Shown here: piece by piece, positions 18,393-26,943 of the stretch
How the letters are laid out: each line of letters starts with the position of its first letter
Position numbering within the stretch: the stretch's first letter is position 1
DNA from: Frankiales bacterium
GTDB taxonomy: Bacteria > Actinomycetota > Actinomycetes > Mycobacteriales > SCTD01
NCBI GenBank assembly: GCA_025965755.1
Contig: JAOPWI010000214.1
Coordinates: forward strand, 1 to 54,300
Reading direction: 5' to 3'
Length of the DNA stretch: 54,300 nt
Notes under the pieces: generated by a model
Databases searched by the model: none
Seen by the model: only the letters and a program-made list of their open reading frames with translations
What the model was told of the DNA's origin: nothing
Position numbers and translations under genes: made by a program

Positions 18393-19651
18393 CGTGGCTG
18401 TCCTGACGTCGTCTGCTTCTGCGCCTCACCGGGAGCGGGGTAGGCGTTGCGTGAGGTGATCGGGTCGGGGAGCGTCGTGCCGAGCGGCCCCGCACCCGAG
18501 AACGACTCGCTGTTCGCGAGGGTGTTCAGCCGGAGCCAGTGGCCGTTCTTGTCCCCCTCGGACAGCGCGTCGCTGGCGTACGCGAACCACAGCGAGACCT
18601 CCGGGCTGTACGGCGCGAGCACGTCCAGCGGCGTCGCGGCCAGCGTGACGGCGCGCCGCACCTTCGGTGCGAGCGGACGGGCGTCGGTCACGAGGCCGGT
18701 CAGTCCGTCGACGGCCGGCAGCGCCTGCTGCGCGACGCCCGGCACGTCCTGCAGCGGCTCGACGACGTCGCGCAGCGTGGCGCGGATGTCGGCCGTGCTG
18801 TCACCCAGCGCCGCACCACCGTCGCGCAGGCCGCCGGCCGTCACCCGGAGGTCGTCGAGGGGACGCCCGAGGTCGACCAGCGCCTTCCGGGTCTCCCCGA
18901 GCGTCGTGGGCAAGCGCTCCAGCGTGCTGTCCAGCGGGGCCCCGTCGTCGACGGCGAGGTCCCCGAGGTTCACGTCCATCTCCCGGACGAGGTCGCCGAG
19001 CTCCTGCTCACGGCCCTTGAGACGCTGGGACAGCGTCCGCGCCGTCGTGAGGAGCGTGTCGAGGTCCGCCTCCGGTGCGCTCAACGCCCGGCTCACCCGT
19101 GCGCTGTCCTCCAGCAGGTCCGGGCTGGCGCCGAGCAGGTCGTTCAGGTCCTCGGCGTGCCGGGCCGCGCCCCGACCGGCCGTGCGCACGGTGGCCGCCA
19201 ACGCGGTCCGGGTCGGCTCGTCGAGCACGGCGAGCAGGGCGTCCAGGTCCGTGGCGTTGCCGGCAGGACCCGGCTCGAGGACCGCGCCGTCGGGCAGCCG
19301 GCCGGCGGCCGGTGTGCCCGGGTCGAACTGCACGAGCTTCTGCCCCAGAGCGCTGCGGGCGTCGACGAAGGCCTTCGCGTCGCGGTAGACCGGCCGCTCC
19401 CCGTCGAGCTGCAGCACGAGGCGCGCCTTGCCGGCCTTGCCGGCGATGTCGCGCACCTGGCCCACGCGGACCCCGTTGCTGCGGACGTCGTTGCCGACGC
19501 GCAGGGCCGGGCCGATGTCCTCGAAAGCCACGTCGACGAGGGTGTAGTCACGACCGACGAGGCCGCGCTGGCTGGTGAAGGCGATACCGAGGCTCAAGGT
19601 GAAGGCCACGAGAACTGCACCGCCGGTCACGGTCGCCTTGTTGAGGCTCAT
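18389..19651 (-). CDS. Mce-family substrate-binding protein (3rd, MceC position)
   Basis: TM plus MCE domain (VRSNGVRVGQVRDI). 420 aa. Overlapping start and stop codons. Confidence 0.85.
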   Translation of the reverse strand: MSLNKATVTGGAVLVAFTLSLGIAFTSQRGLVGRDYTLVDVAFEDIGPALRVGNDVRSNGVRVGQVRDIAGKAGKARLVLQLDGERPVYRDAKAFVDARSALGQKLVQFDPGTPAAGRLPDGAVLEPGPAGNATDLDALLAVLDEPTRTALAATVRTAGRGAARHAEDLNDLLGASPDLLEDSARVSRALSAPEADLDTLLTTARTLSQRLKGREQELGDLVREMDVNLGDLAVDDGAPLDSTLERLPTTLGETRKALVDLGRPLDDLRVTAGGLRDGGAALGDSTADIRATLRDVVEPLQDVPGVAQQALPAVDGLTGLVTDARPLAPKVRRAVTLAATPLDVLAPYSPEVSLWFAYASDALSEGDKNGHWLRLNTLANSESFSGAGPLGTTLPDPITSRNAYPAPGEAQKQTTSGQPR

Positions 19652-21045
19652 CGCCGGCCACCCAGCAGGGTGCCGAGCAGGCTCTTCTCCTGCTCGACGG
19701 TCAGCCCGGTGGCGCTGCCCGGGTCGACGAGCGGCAGCGTCGGCCGTCCGGGGAGCTTCGGCAGCACGGTGGTCGGCGCGGCCGTGGTCGGCGCCTTGCC
19801 CGCGAGCGACGGCAGGTTTTTCGTGATGCCCTTGACCGGTGTGTCGACCGGGACCGGACCCATCAGGGTCTCCTCGCTGATGATGGCGTGGGCGCGGAAG
19901 TAGTGGCTGAGCCCGTCCCTGCCGTTCGTGGTCAGCGCCCAGTTGCGGATGAACTCGAGCAGGTTCGAGAGCTTCTGGTCGTCCCCGATCAGGCCCAGTG
20001 CGACCGGCGCTGCGTCCCTCGCCGCCGACCGTGCGGCCGGGCCGGCCGCCTCGAGGTCGGCCGCGACGGGACGGGCCTGGGTGACGAGCTGCTGCGCCTT
20101 CTCGAGGACGGGCTGCAGGCTGGCGAGCGCCGGGTCCACCGTCCTCCCGAGCCGGTCCAGCTCGCCGCTGATCTCACGGATGTCGCTCGTGACCGGGCGC
20201 ACGTCCTGCAGCAGCGGGGTGGCCTGCTCCGACGTCGCCGCCAGAGCCGCCAGCCGCGACCGGGCCTCCCGCAGCGTGGCGGGAAGCACCTGCAGCGTCT
20301 GCCGCAGGGCTGCCTGCCGCCGCGCGGTCGTGTCGAGCAGCAGGCTCGCACTGTCGACGAGGCCGTCCAGGCGCTTCCCCCGGTCGGCGCCGAGCGAGGC
20401 CGCCACCGGCGTCACCGCGTCGACGAGCTCGTTGAGGGTGCCGTTCTGCTCGCGCAGGATGCCGACGAGCTCATCGGCGTCCTGCAGGGCGCCCGGCAGC
20501 GTGCGCAGGGCGGTACCGGCGGCGGCGCCGTTGCCCCGCACACCGATGCCGAGCGTCGTGAGCGTCGCGGCCAGCGCCTCCCCGGTCGGCTCGTCGACGA
20601 CGTCCAGCACCTCGTCGAGGTCAGCGAGACGGCCGGTCTGCGACGGCGGCAGCTCCGCGCCGTCCTCGAGGAGCGGCGCGGCGGCGCTCCCGGTGTCGAG
20701 GTCGACGTAGCGCTCCCCCAACAGGCTGACCGGCTTGATGACGGCCTTCGCGTCGCGGTGGACGGGCAAGAACTGGGGCGCGACGGTGAAGGTCATGACG
20801 GCCTTGCCCTTGACGAGCTGGATGGAGTCGACCTTTCCGGCCGTGACGCCGCCGACCTTGACCTCGTTGCCGGGGATCAGGGCGCTGGCGTCGGTGAACA
20901 CGGCAGTCAGCTCGAGCGCGTCGTCCTGCTGCACGCGTTGGGAGGTCGCGCCTGCGGTCAGCGCGACGAGCGCGACGGCGGCGACGCCGAGGACAGGAGC
21001 CTGTCGCCGGCCGCGGGGCCCGAGGCGGGGCAGAGTGCGCGTCAT
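19648..21045 (-). CDS. Mce-family substrate-binding protein (2nd, MceB position)
   Basis: ATG at 21045 forms an ATGA overlap with the upstream stop. MTRTLPRLGP.., TM, then an MCE domain (VKVGGVTAGKVDSI). The upstream part of the track ORF is not protein-like. Confidence 0.85.
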   Translation of the reverse strand: MTRTLPRLGPRGRRQAPVLGVAAVALVALTAGATSQRVQQDDALELTAVFTDASALIPGNEVKVGGVTAGKVDSIQLVKGKAVMTFTVAPQFLPVHRDAKAVIKPVSLLGERYVDLDTGSAAAPLLEDGAELPPSQTGRLADLDEVLDVVDEPTGEALAATLTTLGIGVRGNGAAAGTALRTLPGALQDADELVGILREQNGTLNELVDAVTPVAASLGADRGKRLDGLVDSASLLLDTTARRQAALRQTLQVLPATLREARSRLAALAATSEQATPLLQDVRPVTSDIREISGELDRLGRTVDPALASLQPVLEKAQQLVTQARPVAADLEAAGPAARSAARDAAPVALGLIGDDQKLSNLLEFIRNWALTTNGRDGLSHYFRAHAIISEETLMGPVPVDTPVKGITKNLPSLAGKAPTTAAPTTVLPKLPGRPTLPLVDPGSATGLTVEQEKSLLGTLLGGRR

Positions 21046-22313
21046 CGGATCGGGCTCCCGTTCGCGTCGGTCCACGGCTGACCCTCGAGCTCGCCCGGCT
21101 GACGCTGCGGGTTGGTCTTGACCAGGCCGAGGTCGCCCAGCGCCGGTCCGAGCGCACCCGGCGAGCCGAGGACGGACGCGGGACCTGCCTGGACGTAGAT
21201 GCGCGTGTAGTTGCCGTACACGTCGTAGTTGGCGGTGGCCGAACCCCAGTTGGCCAGCCAGCCGGTGACCTCGGGCGTGTAGGGCCGCAGGAAGTCGAGC
21301 GCGGGCAGCGCGCCCTTCGTCAGCTGGGTGAGGCCGGGCAGGACCGCGTTCGCGCCGTCGAGCAGGCGGGGGGCGTCGTCCAGGAGGACGGACACCTGGT
21401 TCAGCGTGGGCCGAAGGTCCTGCAGGGCGGGGCGCAGGTCCTGCAGCAGCGGCCGGAGGTCCGCCGACACGGCCGGCAGCTGCGCGGCGAGCGGGGCCGC
21501 ATCGCGCAGCAGCGGGTCCGCCGCGGCGACCGTGCCCGGCACGCGGTCGAGGGTCGACGTCGCCTGGCGCAGCGTGCCCGGCAGGGCGGCGAGCGTGGCG
21601 TCCAGGCTGGACCGCTCCCTCGCGGCGCGCTGGGTGAGGCTCGTCAGGTCTGCGACGACGGCCCGCACGTCCTGGCGCCGTGTCGTGGTCACGTCTGTCA
21701 CGTCCCGCAGACGGGTGACGAGGCTCTTGAGTGCCTCGCCGTCGCGCCCGACGGACGCGGCGATGCCGCCGAGGGCCTGGACGACTGGTCCGGCGGTGCG
21801 CAACGTGCCGTTGACGTCGTCCTCGCTCCCCCGCAGGGTCGCGGCGAGGTTCTGGGTGAGGCGCTGCAGGCGGGCGCGGGTCGGCGCATCGAGCGCGGCG
21901 AGCAGCTGGTCGAGCTCGACGCGCTGCCGGCTGCCCTCGACGCGACCGCGGTCGGGCAGGTCGGGGTTGCTGGCAGGTCCCGGCTCGATGACCAGGGTCC
22001 GCTCCCCGAGCAGTGCCTTCCACTCGATGCGGGCGGTCGTCCCGGTCCGCAGCGGCGCGTACTCGTCGGCGATGGACACCGTGACGAGCGCCTGACCGTC
22101 GCGGACCTCGAGGGACTGGACGCGTCCGGCGTCGGCGCCGTCGACCTCGACCTTGCCACCCTTCACGAGGTTCGGCGCGGACGGCATGACGACGGTGACC
22201 TCGTAGCCACCGCCGGTCAGACCGCCCGCGGCGGCCTGACCGGCGGCGAACAGGACGAGCAAGCCGGCGACGCCGGCGGCCGCGGGACGGAGGCGTGCGG
22301 AAAGCGCTGGCAT
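21042..22313 (-). CDS. Mce-family substrate-binding protein (1st, MceA position)
   Basis: TM plus MCE domain (KVEVDGADAGRVQSLE). The start at 22313 (MPALSARL) lies 1 nt after the ATPase stop. The alternative start at 22346 would overlap the ATPase gene by 32 nt. Confidence 0.8.
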   Translation of the reverse strand: MPALSARLRPAAAGVAGLLVLFAAGQAAAGGLTGGGYEVTVVMPSAPNLVKGGKVEVDGADAGRVQSLEVRDGQALVTVSIADEYAPLRTGTTARIEWKALLGERTLVIEPGPASNPDLPDRGRVEGSRQRVELDQLLAALDAPTRARLQRLTQNLAATLRGSEDDVNGTLRTAGPVVQALGGIAASVGRDGEALKSLVTRLRDVTDVTTTRRQDVRAVVADLTSLTQRAARERSSLDATLAALPGTLRQATSTLDRVPGTVAAADPLLRDAAPLAAQLPAVSADLRPLLQDLRPALQDLRPTLNQVSVLLDDAPRLLDGANAVLPGLTQLTKGALPALDFLRPYTPEVTGWLANWGSATANYDVYGNYTRIYVQAGPASVLGSPGALGPALGDLGLVKTNPQRQPGELEGQPWTDANGSPIR

Positions 22314-22314
22314 G

Positions 22315-23091
22315 TCAGTCCATCCCGAGCGGGCCAGCGCTGTCACCGGCGAGGAACTGCCGCACGAACGGGTCCTCCGACTCGAACGCCTCCTCGGTCG
22401 GGCCGTAGTGGATCAGCCGGCCCTGCCAGATGAGGCCCACGTAGTCGCTGACCTTGCGGGTCGTGGGGATGTTGTGCGTGACCAGCACGTACGTCCCGCC
22501 GTGCTCGGCGTGCATGTCCAGGATGACGTCGTTCAGCAGGCTGGTGCGGACGGGGTCGAGGCCGGAGTCGGGCTCGTCGAACAGGACGACGTCGGGGTTC
22601 AGCACCAGGGCGCGGGCGAAGCCGGCGCGCTTGCGCATGCCGCCGGACACCTCGTTCGGAGACTTGCCGGCGGCGGCCTCGAGACCAACCTCGGCCATGC
22701 GTCGCATGACCAGCTCCTCGATCTCGCTCTCGCTCATGTCCGTGTGCTTGCGGAGCGGGAAAGCGATGTTGTCATAGATGTTCATGGAGCCGAACAGGGC
22801 GCCGTCCTGGAACAGCACCCCGTAGCGGATGCGCATCTCCCGACGCTCCTTCTCCGACATCTCGCTCACCGGCCGGCCGAAGAAGCGGATCTCGCCCTGG
22901 TCCGGGTCGAGCAGCCCGACCAGGTGCTTCAGCAGGACGCTCTTGCCGGTGCCGGACGGGCCGAGCACGGTCGTGATGGCGCCGTCGACGAAGGGGATGG
23001 TCAGACCCCGCAGGATCTTGAAGTCGCCGAAGGCCTTGTGGACGTCGTCCACCTGGACGGCGACCTTGGTCTCGGGGGGTGCGATGCTCAC
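22315..23091 (-). CDS. ABC ATP-binding protein of the MlaF/Mkl (MceG) family
   Basis: Walker A GPSGTGKS, signature VSGGMRKR, Walker B VVLFDEPDSGLD. GTG start at 23091 is preceded by GGAGA. 258 aa. Confidence 0.9.
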   Translation of the reverse strand: MSIAPPETKVAVQVDDVHKAFGDFKILRGLTIPFVDGAITTVLGPSGTGKSVLLKHLVGLLDPDQGEIRFFGRPVSEMSEKERREMRIRYGVLFQDGALFGSMNIYDNIAFPLRKHTDMSESEIEELVMRRMAEVGLEAAAGKSPNEVSGGMRKRAGFARALVLNPDVVLFDEPDSGLDPVRTSLLNDVILDMHAEHGGTYVLVTHNIPTTRKVSDYVGLIWQGRLIHYGPTEEAFESEDPFVRQFLAGDSAGPLGMD

Positions 23092-23171
23092 GGGGTCTCC
23101 ACGTCGTTCGGGCAGGGCGAGGCGAGCTCGCTGCGGGCAGTGCGGGCGCGGCAGCGCTGGCCGCGGGTGGG

Positions 23172-24041
23172 CTAGTTCGAGATGGGCGCGTTCGGGCTCA
23201 GACCCCAGAACAACATCGTCCCCAGGACCCCGATGACGTGGATCAACACCATGTTCACCATCATCGATGTGGCGGTGGCCTTGCCCACCCCGATCGGTCC
23301 GCCTCGGGCGTTGTAGCCGTAGTAGCAGCCGACGACCACGATCACGACACCCATGGTCATGACCTTGATGAGGCTGTACAGCAGGTCGAGCGGGTTCTGG
23401 TACAGCCAGAAGATGAAGTCGTAGCCGCCGGAGGAGACTTCGCCGAACTGCAGGACGACGACGATGTACTCCGCCGTGTACATGACGCCGAGACCGACGA
23501 TGTAGAGGAACGGCATCGCCAGCAGGGCGGCGGCGAGCCGGCTCGCGACCAGGTAGGTCTTCGAGTCGACGCCCATGACCTCCATCGCGTCGATCTCGTC
23601 GCTGATGCGCATGGAGCCGATCTCGGCGACGAGCCCGCAACCGACCTTCGCCGCGAGGATGTATCCCCACATGTAGGGCGCCATCTCCCGGATCGCGCAC
23701 CAGGCGGTGAAGATGCCGGAGTAGAGCGGCGCCCCGATCTGCTTCAGGACGTAGTTGCCCTCGATGCCGCACTGCGCTCCGATGACGAACAGCATCAGCC
23801 AGATGATCAGCCCGCTGGACAGGATCAGCACGGCGGTCTGGCGCACCACCTCGCTCGGGTACTCGCGCAGGTCGACGATCCGGCGTCCGATCGACACACC
23901 GAAGCGGGTGATGTCCGCCGTCACCTCGGCCAGGTGCCTGGCCTGCCCGACGACGAAGCCAGCGGTCAGCTCGACGTCGGGGACGCTCTGCGGTGCGCGG
24001 CCAGGAGCGGAGCGCCGAGGGGTCTGGTCGAGGAGCGTCAC
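23172..24041 (-). CDS. MlaE/YrbE-family ABC permease (YrbEB position)
   Basis: 289 aa polytopic membrane protein with typical YrbE sequence (..ISDEIDAMEVMGVD..). 4-nt overlap with the upstream permease gene. Confidence 0.9.
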   Translation of the reverse strand: MTLLDQTPRRSAPGRAPQSVPDVELTAGFVVGQARHLAEVTADITRFGVSIGRRIVDLREYPSEVVRQTAVLILSSGLIIWLMLFVIGAQCGIEGNYVLKQIGAPLYSGIFTAWCAIREMAPYMWGYILAAKVGCGLVAEIGSMRISDEIDAMEVMGVDSKTYLVASRLAAALLAMPFLYIVGLGVMYTAEYIVVVLQFGEVSSGGYDFIFWLYQNPLDLLYSLIKVMTMGVVIVVVGCYYGYNARGGPIGVGKATATSMMVNMVLIHVIGVLGTMLFWGLSPNAPISN

Positions 24042-24958
24042 TTGAACACCTGCATCTGCGGGTTGAGGCCGAGCAGGATCGTGGTGAAGACGTAGTTGAA
24101 GATCCAGATCGTCGCGAAGGCGATGACGACCGCCTGGTTGACCGCCCTACCGACGCCAGCGGGACCGCCCTTGGTGTTCAGCCCCTTGTAGCAGCAGATG
24201 ACGGCGATGAACAGACCAAAGATGGCCGTCTTCAGCACGCTGCCCCACAGGTCCGTCACCGTGGCGTTGGCGAAGAAGTTCGCGAAGAACCCTCCGCTCG
24301 TCGCCCCCAGGAGCGGCACCGAGGCGATCCAGCCGCCGGCGATGCCGAAGCTGAGGGCCACCAGGTCGAGGGCACCGGTGATGATGGTCAGCGCGATCAC
24401 GCGAGGCAGCACGAGGCTCCGCACGGGGTCGACGCCCAGGACCTCCATCGCGTCGATCTCCTCGCGGATGCGCCGCGCGCCCAGGTCAGCGGTGATGGCC
24501 GTGCCGATGACGCCGGCCACCACCATGGCGTTGATCCAGGGCGCGAACTCGCGCACGCTGGCCATGATGAAGAAGCTGCCCAGCCGCTCCGGGACCCCGA
24601 ACAGGCTGAAGAGGTTGCCGCCCTGCAGTCCCGGTGCGCCGAGGCCGAAGGCCAGGGTGCTGACGATCATGGGGAACCAGCACTTGCGGAGGATGTCGGC
24701 CATGACGTCGCGGACGTCGCCCCAGTAGCCCCGCGGCTGCAGGACGGCGCTCTTGATGACCTGTCCCAGCAGGAGCACCATCTCACCGGTCTCGTTGAGC
24801 CCCCGGACGAGCACCCCCGGGCCGCTCTTGTTCTTCTGGCGCTCGCGCCGGGGAGCCGGCGCGCTCAACGACGGTGCCGCGGGCGCACGGCGGCCGACGG
24901 CGCGCGTGCTCGCCGGGGCATGCGCCGTCTCAGAGGCGCCGTCGAACTGCAGGCTCAT
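24038..24958 (-). CDS. MlaE/YrbE-family ABC permease (YrbEA position), first gene of the Mce operon
   Basis: 306 aa with the motif IREEIDAMEVLGVDPV. Confidence 0.9.
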   Translation of the reverse strand: MSLQFDGASETAHAPASTRAVGRRAPAAPSLSAPAPRRERQKNKSGPGVLVRGLNETGEMVLLLGQVIKSAVLQPRGYWGDVRDVMADILRKCWFPMIVSTLAFGLGAPGLQGGNLFSLFGVPERLGSFFIMASVREFAPWINAMVVAGVIGTAITADLGARRIREEIDAMEVLGVDPVRSLVLPRVIALTIITGALDLVALSFGIAGGWIASVPLLGATSGGFFANFFANATVTDLWGSVLKTAIFGLFIAVICCYKGLNTKGGPAGVGRAVNQAVVIAFATIWIFNYVFTTILLGLNPQMQVFK

Positions 24959-25582
24959 ACCGACTCAATCCGCTTGAAGGGTGGCAAGTGCCACTTTGCG
25001 GGCAGGAGTTCGACGTGGTCCAGGCCACACCGGGGGGTGTTGGGCGTGCAACGGGGGGAAACGACCCCCCGAACGGGGGGTCGCTCACCTCGTCCCCGAG
25101 CGGCGATCCGGAGCGGCTGGGAGGCCGTGGGCGCAGACCTGTGCTGACCGGTGTGCCGGGCGGCTCGGCCGCCGCGGCGGTCGCCGACGGCACGGCCGGC
25201 GCGGCCATCGTGGCGGCGGCCTCCGCCAGCAGCGCGATCACCTGCGCGCTGGGTGGCCGGCCGCCCAGGCCCGAGCGGACGTAGCCCGCGCACGACAGCG
25301 CGTCCCCGCCCGGTCCGTGAGGACTCGGCGAGCTCGCGCTCGAGGGCGTCGGCGACCAAGCGCCCCCTCTCGCTGTCCGCGTCGAGGGGGACGACCTGCC
25401 CTGAGGGCAAGCCCGGTCCGCCGGCGTGCCAGGCCCAGCCTGATCGCCAGGTCGGTCAGTCCTGCGTCGCGCTGCGCACGCGTCCAGCGCTGCAGCGCGA
25501 CGTCCGGCCCGACCGGCCAGCCGGGCCGGCTCGCGAGCACCAGAGCAAGCCCCACCGCACGCCACCGAACGCCAGGCGCCAC
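24955..25582 (-). pseudogene. Possible frameshifted gene (remnant of a regulator?) immediately upstream of the Mce operon
   Basis: Minus-strand coding-like signal moves through three frames. These are ..VALQRWTRAQRDAGLTDLAI.., then GWAWHAGGPGLPSGQVVPLDADSERGRLVADALERELAE (GC3 about 97%), then DALSCAGYVRSGLGGRPPSAQVIALLAEAAATMAAP.. (GC3 about 96%). One frame ends in a TGA that overlaps the yrbEA ATG. The 3' extent is uncertain. Confidence 0.35.
24981..24994. promoter_or_regulatory. Perfect 14-bp palindrome just upstream of the Mce operon start (candidate operator)
   Basis: GTGGCA-AG-TGCCAC, 23-36 nt upstream of the yrbEA ATG, in a locally lower-GC patch. Confidence 0.3.
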
Positions 25583-25612
25583 GCCAACGACCTGCCTGCC
25601 GTCGCTACCCTC

Positions 25613-26065
25613 TCAGGCCCGCGGGTCGAAGCAGCCGTCGAACTCGAAGACCGGGTTGGGCACGTCGTTGCCATGCGTGTCCGTGATCGTGGTCAGGCCG
25701 ACGAGCTTGGACGGCCCTCCGGCGACGAAGCACGCGTTGCTCTTGGCCTGCACCTCGAACTTGCCCTGGTGCGTGCCCTGCTTGTGGTCCGTGAAGGTCA
25801 CGAGACAGATCCAGTCGGCGCCAGGTCCGGCATCGGCGACCCTGGGACCGCCCTTGTCGCATGCGGCGCTCGCGGCGATCTGGGCGACGCTGACGCCGGA
25901 GTAGCCCAGGATGCCGGCCTGCTGCACGTACAGGTTGGCGAACGTCGCGGCGAGCGCGCTCTCGAGCCGAGGCCTGGTGACGCCCGTGCCACCGCACCCG
26001 GACAGCGATGCCGCGGCGGCGAGCGCGAGCCCGCCGGTCAGGGCAGCCTTGAGGATCGGATGCAT
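25613..26065 (-). CDS. Secreted lipoprotein, function unknown
   Basis: The ATG at 26065 gives MHPILKAALTGGLALAAAASLSGC, a lipobox with Cys. 150 aa. The rest of the 351-aa track ORF is not protein-like. Confidence 0.7.
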   Translation of the reverse strand: MHPILKAALTGGLALAAAASLSGCGGTGVTRPRLESALAATFANLYVQQAGILGYSGVSVAQIAASAACDKGGPRVADAGPGADWICLVTFTDHKQGTHQGKFEVQAKSNACFVAGGPSKLVGLTTITDTHGNDVPNPVFEFDGCFDPRA

Positions 26066-26067
26066 GA

Positions 26068-26943
26068 TCACCCTCCGGTGATGTCGCGGCGGCGCAGGAC
26101 CGCGTAGGCGACGGCCAGGCAGACCACGGTCCAGCCGGCGGAGACCAGCAGGCCGTCGATCAGGGGGCCGGAGAAGCGGTCCTCGGTCAGCAGGCCGTGC
26201 CAGGACTCGAACGGTGTGGTCAGCAGCAGGTGCCGCACTGCGTCCAGCCCACCGAGGCTGCCGGCGAGCTGCATGACCAGGCCGATCACCACCGGCCCGA
26301 CGACGCCGACCGCCGGATTGCGGCTGACCACCGACAGCAGCACCGCGACGGCGGTGAACCCGATCAGGGGCGCGATCGCGGTGGCCCAGCTGGCCAGGAC
26401 CAGCGGCAGAGCGGCGTGGGAGGGGAGCAGCTGGCCGGTCAGTCCGACAAGGCTCTGCCGGCCGACGATCAGCGAGCTGGCCGTGATGGTGCTCGCGGCG
26501 AGCAACAGCAGGACCGAGAGCGCGAAGAGCACGGACGCGACGGTCTTGGCCCAGAAGATCTGGGTGCGGCTGACCGAGCGGGTCAGGACGGTCTTCCAGG
26601 TGCCGTGCTGGTCCTCGCTGGCGAAGATGTCGCCGGCGACCAGTGCCGTGAGCAGCGGAAAGACCCACTGGGCGGCGAACCCCAGCACCAGCAGCGGCAT
26701 CGCGTAGCCGCTGTCGTGGATGTGCCGTCCGTAGATGTTGTCCTTGGGCGGCCGCTGTTGCCCGTCGAGGACGAGCACGAGCAGGACGGGGGCGAGCAGG
26801 CTGCCGAGCAGGGTGTAGCGGGCCCGGGCCTGCGCCGCGAGCTTGCGAAGCTCCCAGCGAAGTGCGGTCGGCGTGCCAGGTCGCCGGTTGGCGGCTCCCG
26901 GGCGCCGAACCTCCCGGATTCGGGCGCTGGTCGTGGCGGTCAT
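26068..26943 (-). CDS. ABC-2-type transporter permease
   Basis: 291 aa with six predicted TM segments. ATGA overlap with the upstream ATPase gene. Confidence 0.75.
   Translation of the reverse strand: MTATTSARIREVRRPGAANRRPGTPTALRWELRKLAAQARARYTLLGSLLAPVLLVLVLDGQQRPPKDNIYGRHIHDSGYAMPLLVLGFAAQWVFPLLTALVAGDIFASEDQHGTWKTVLTRSVSRTQIFWAKTVASVLFALSVLLLLAASTITASSLIVGRQSLVGLTGQLLPSHAALPLVLASWATAIAPLIGFTAVAVLLSVVSRNPAVGVVGPVVIGLVMQLAGSLGGLDAVRHLLLTTPFESWHGLLTEDRFSGPLIDGLLVSAGWTVVCLAVAYAVLRRRDITGG

Noticed and set aside
15850-18495. 881-aa version of the fifth Mce gene, and similar long N-terminal extensions at 19648-22023, 22315-23772, 8238-10097, 25613-26668, 44813-46501, 45667-46446 and 41854-44274
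   Set aside because: The extensions read through the upstream gene in another frame and are low-complexity Arg/Pro/Gly sequence. In each case an internal ATG or GTG with a stop/start overlap or a Shine-Dalgarno sequence gives a protein of family-typical length.
24930-25565. 211-aa minus-strand ORF as an intact gene upstream of the Mce operon
   Set aside because: Only its middle third is protein-like with high GC3. The N-terminal third is junk, and better coding signal continues in the other two frames. It is therefore treated as part of a frameshifted pseudogene rather than an intact CDS.
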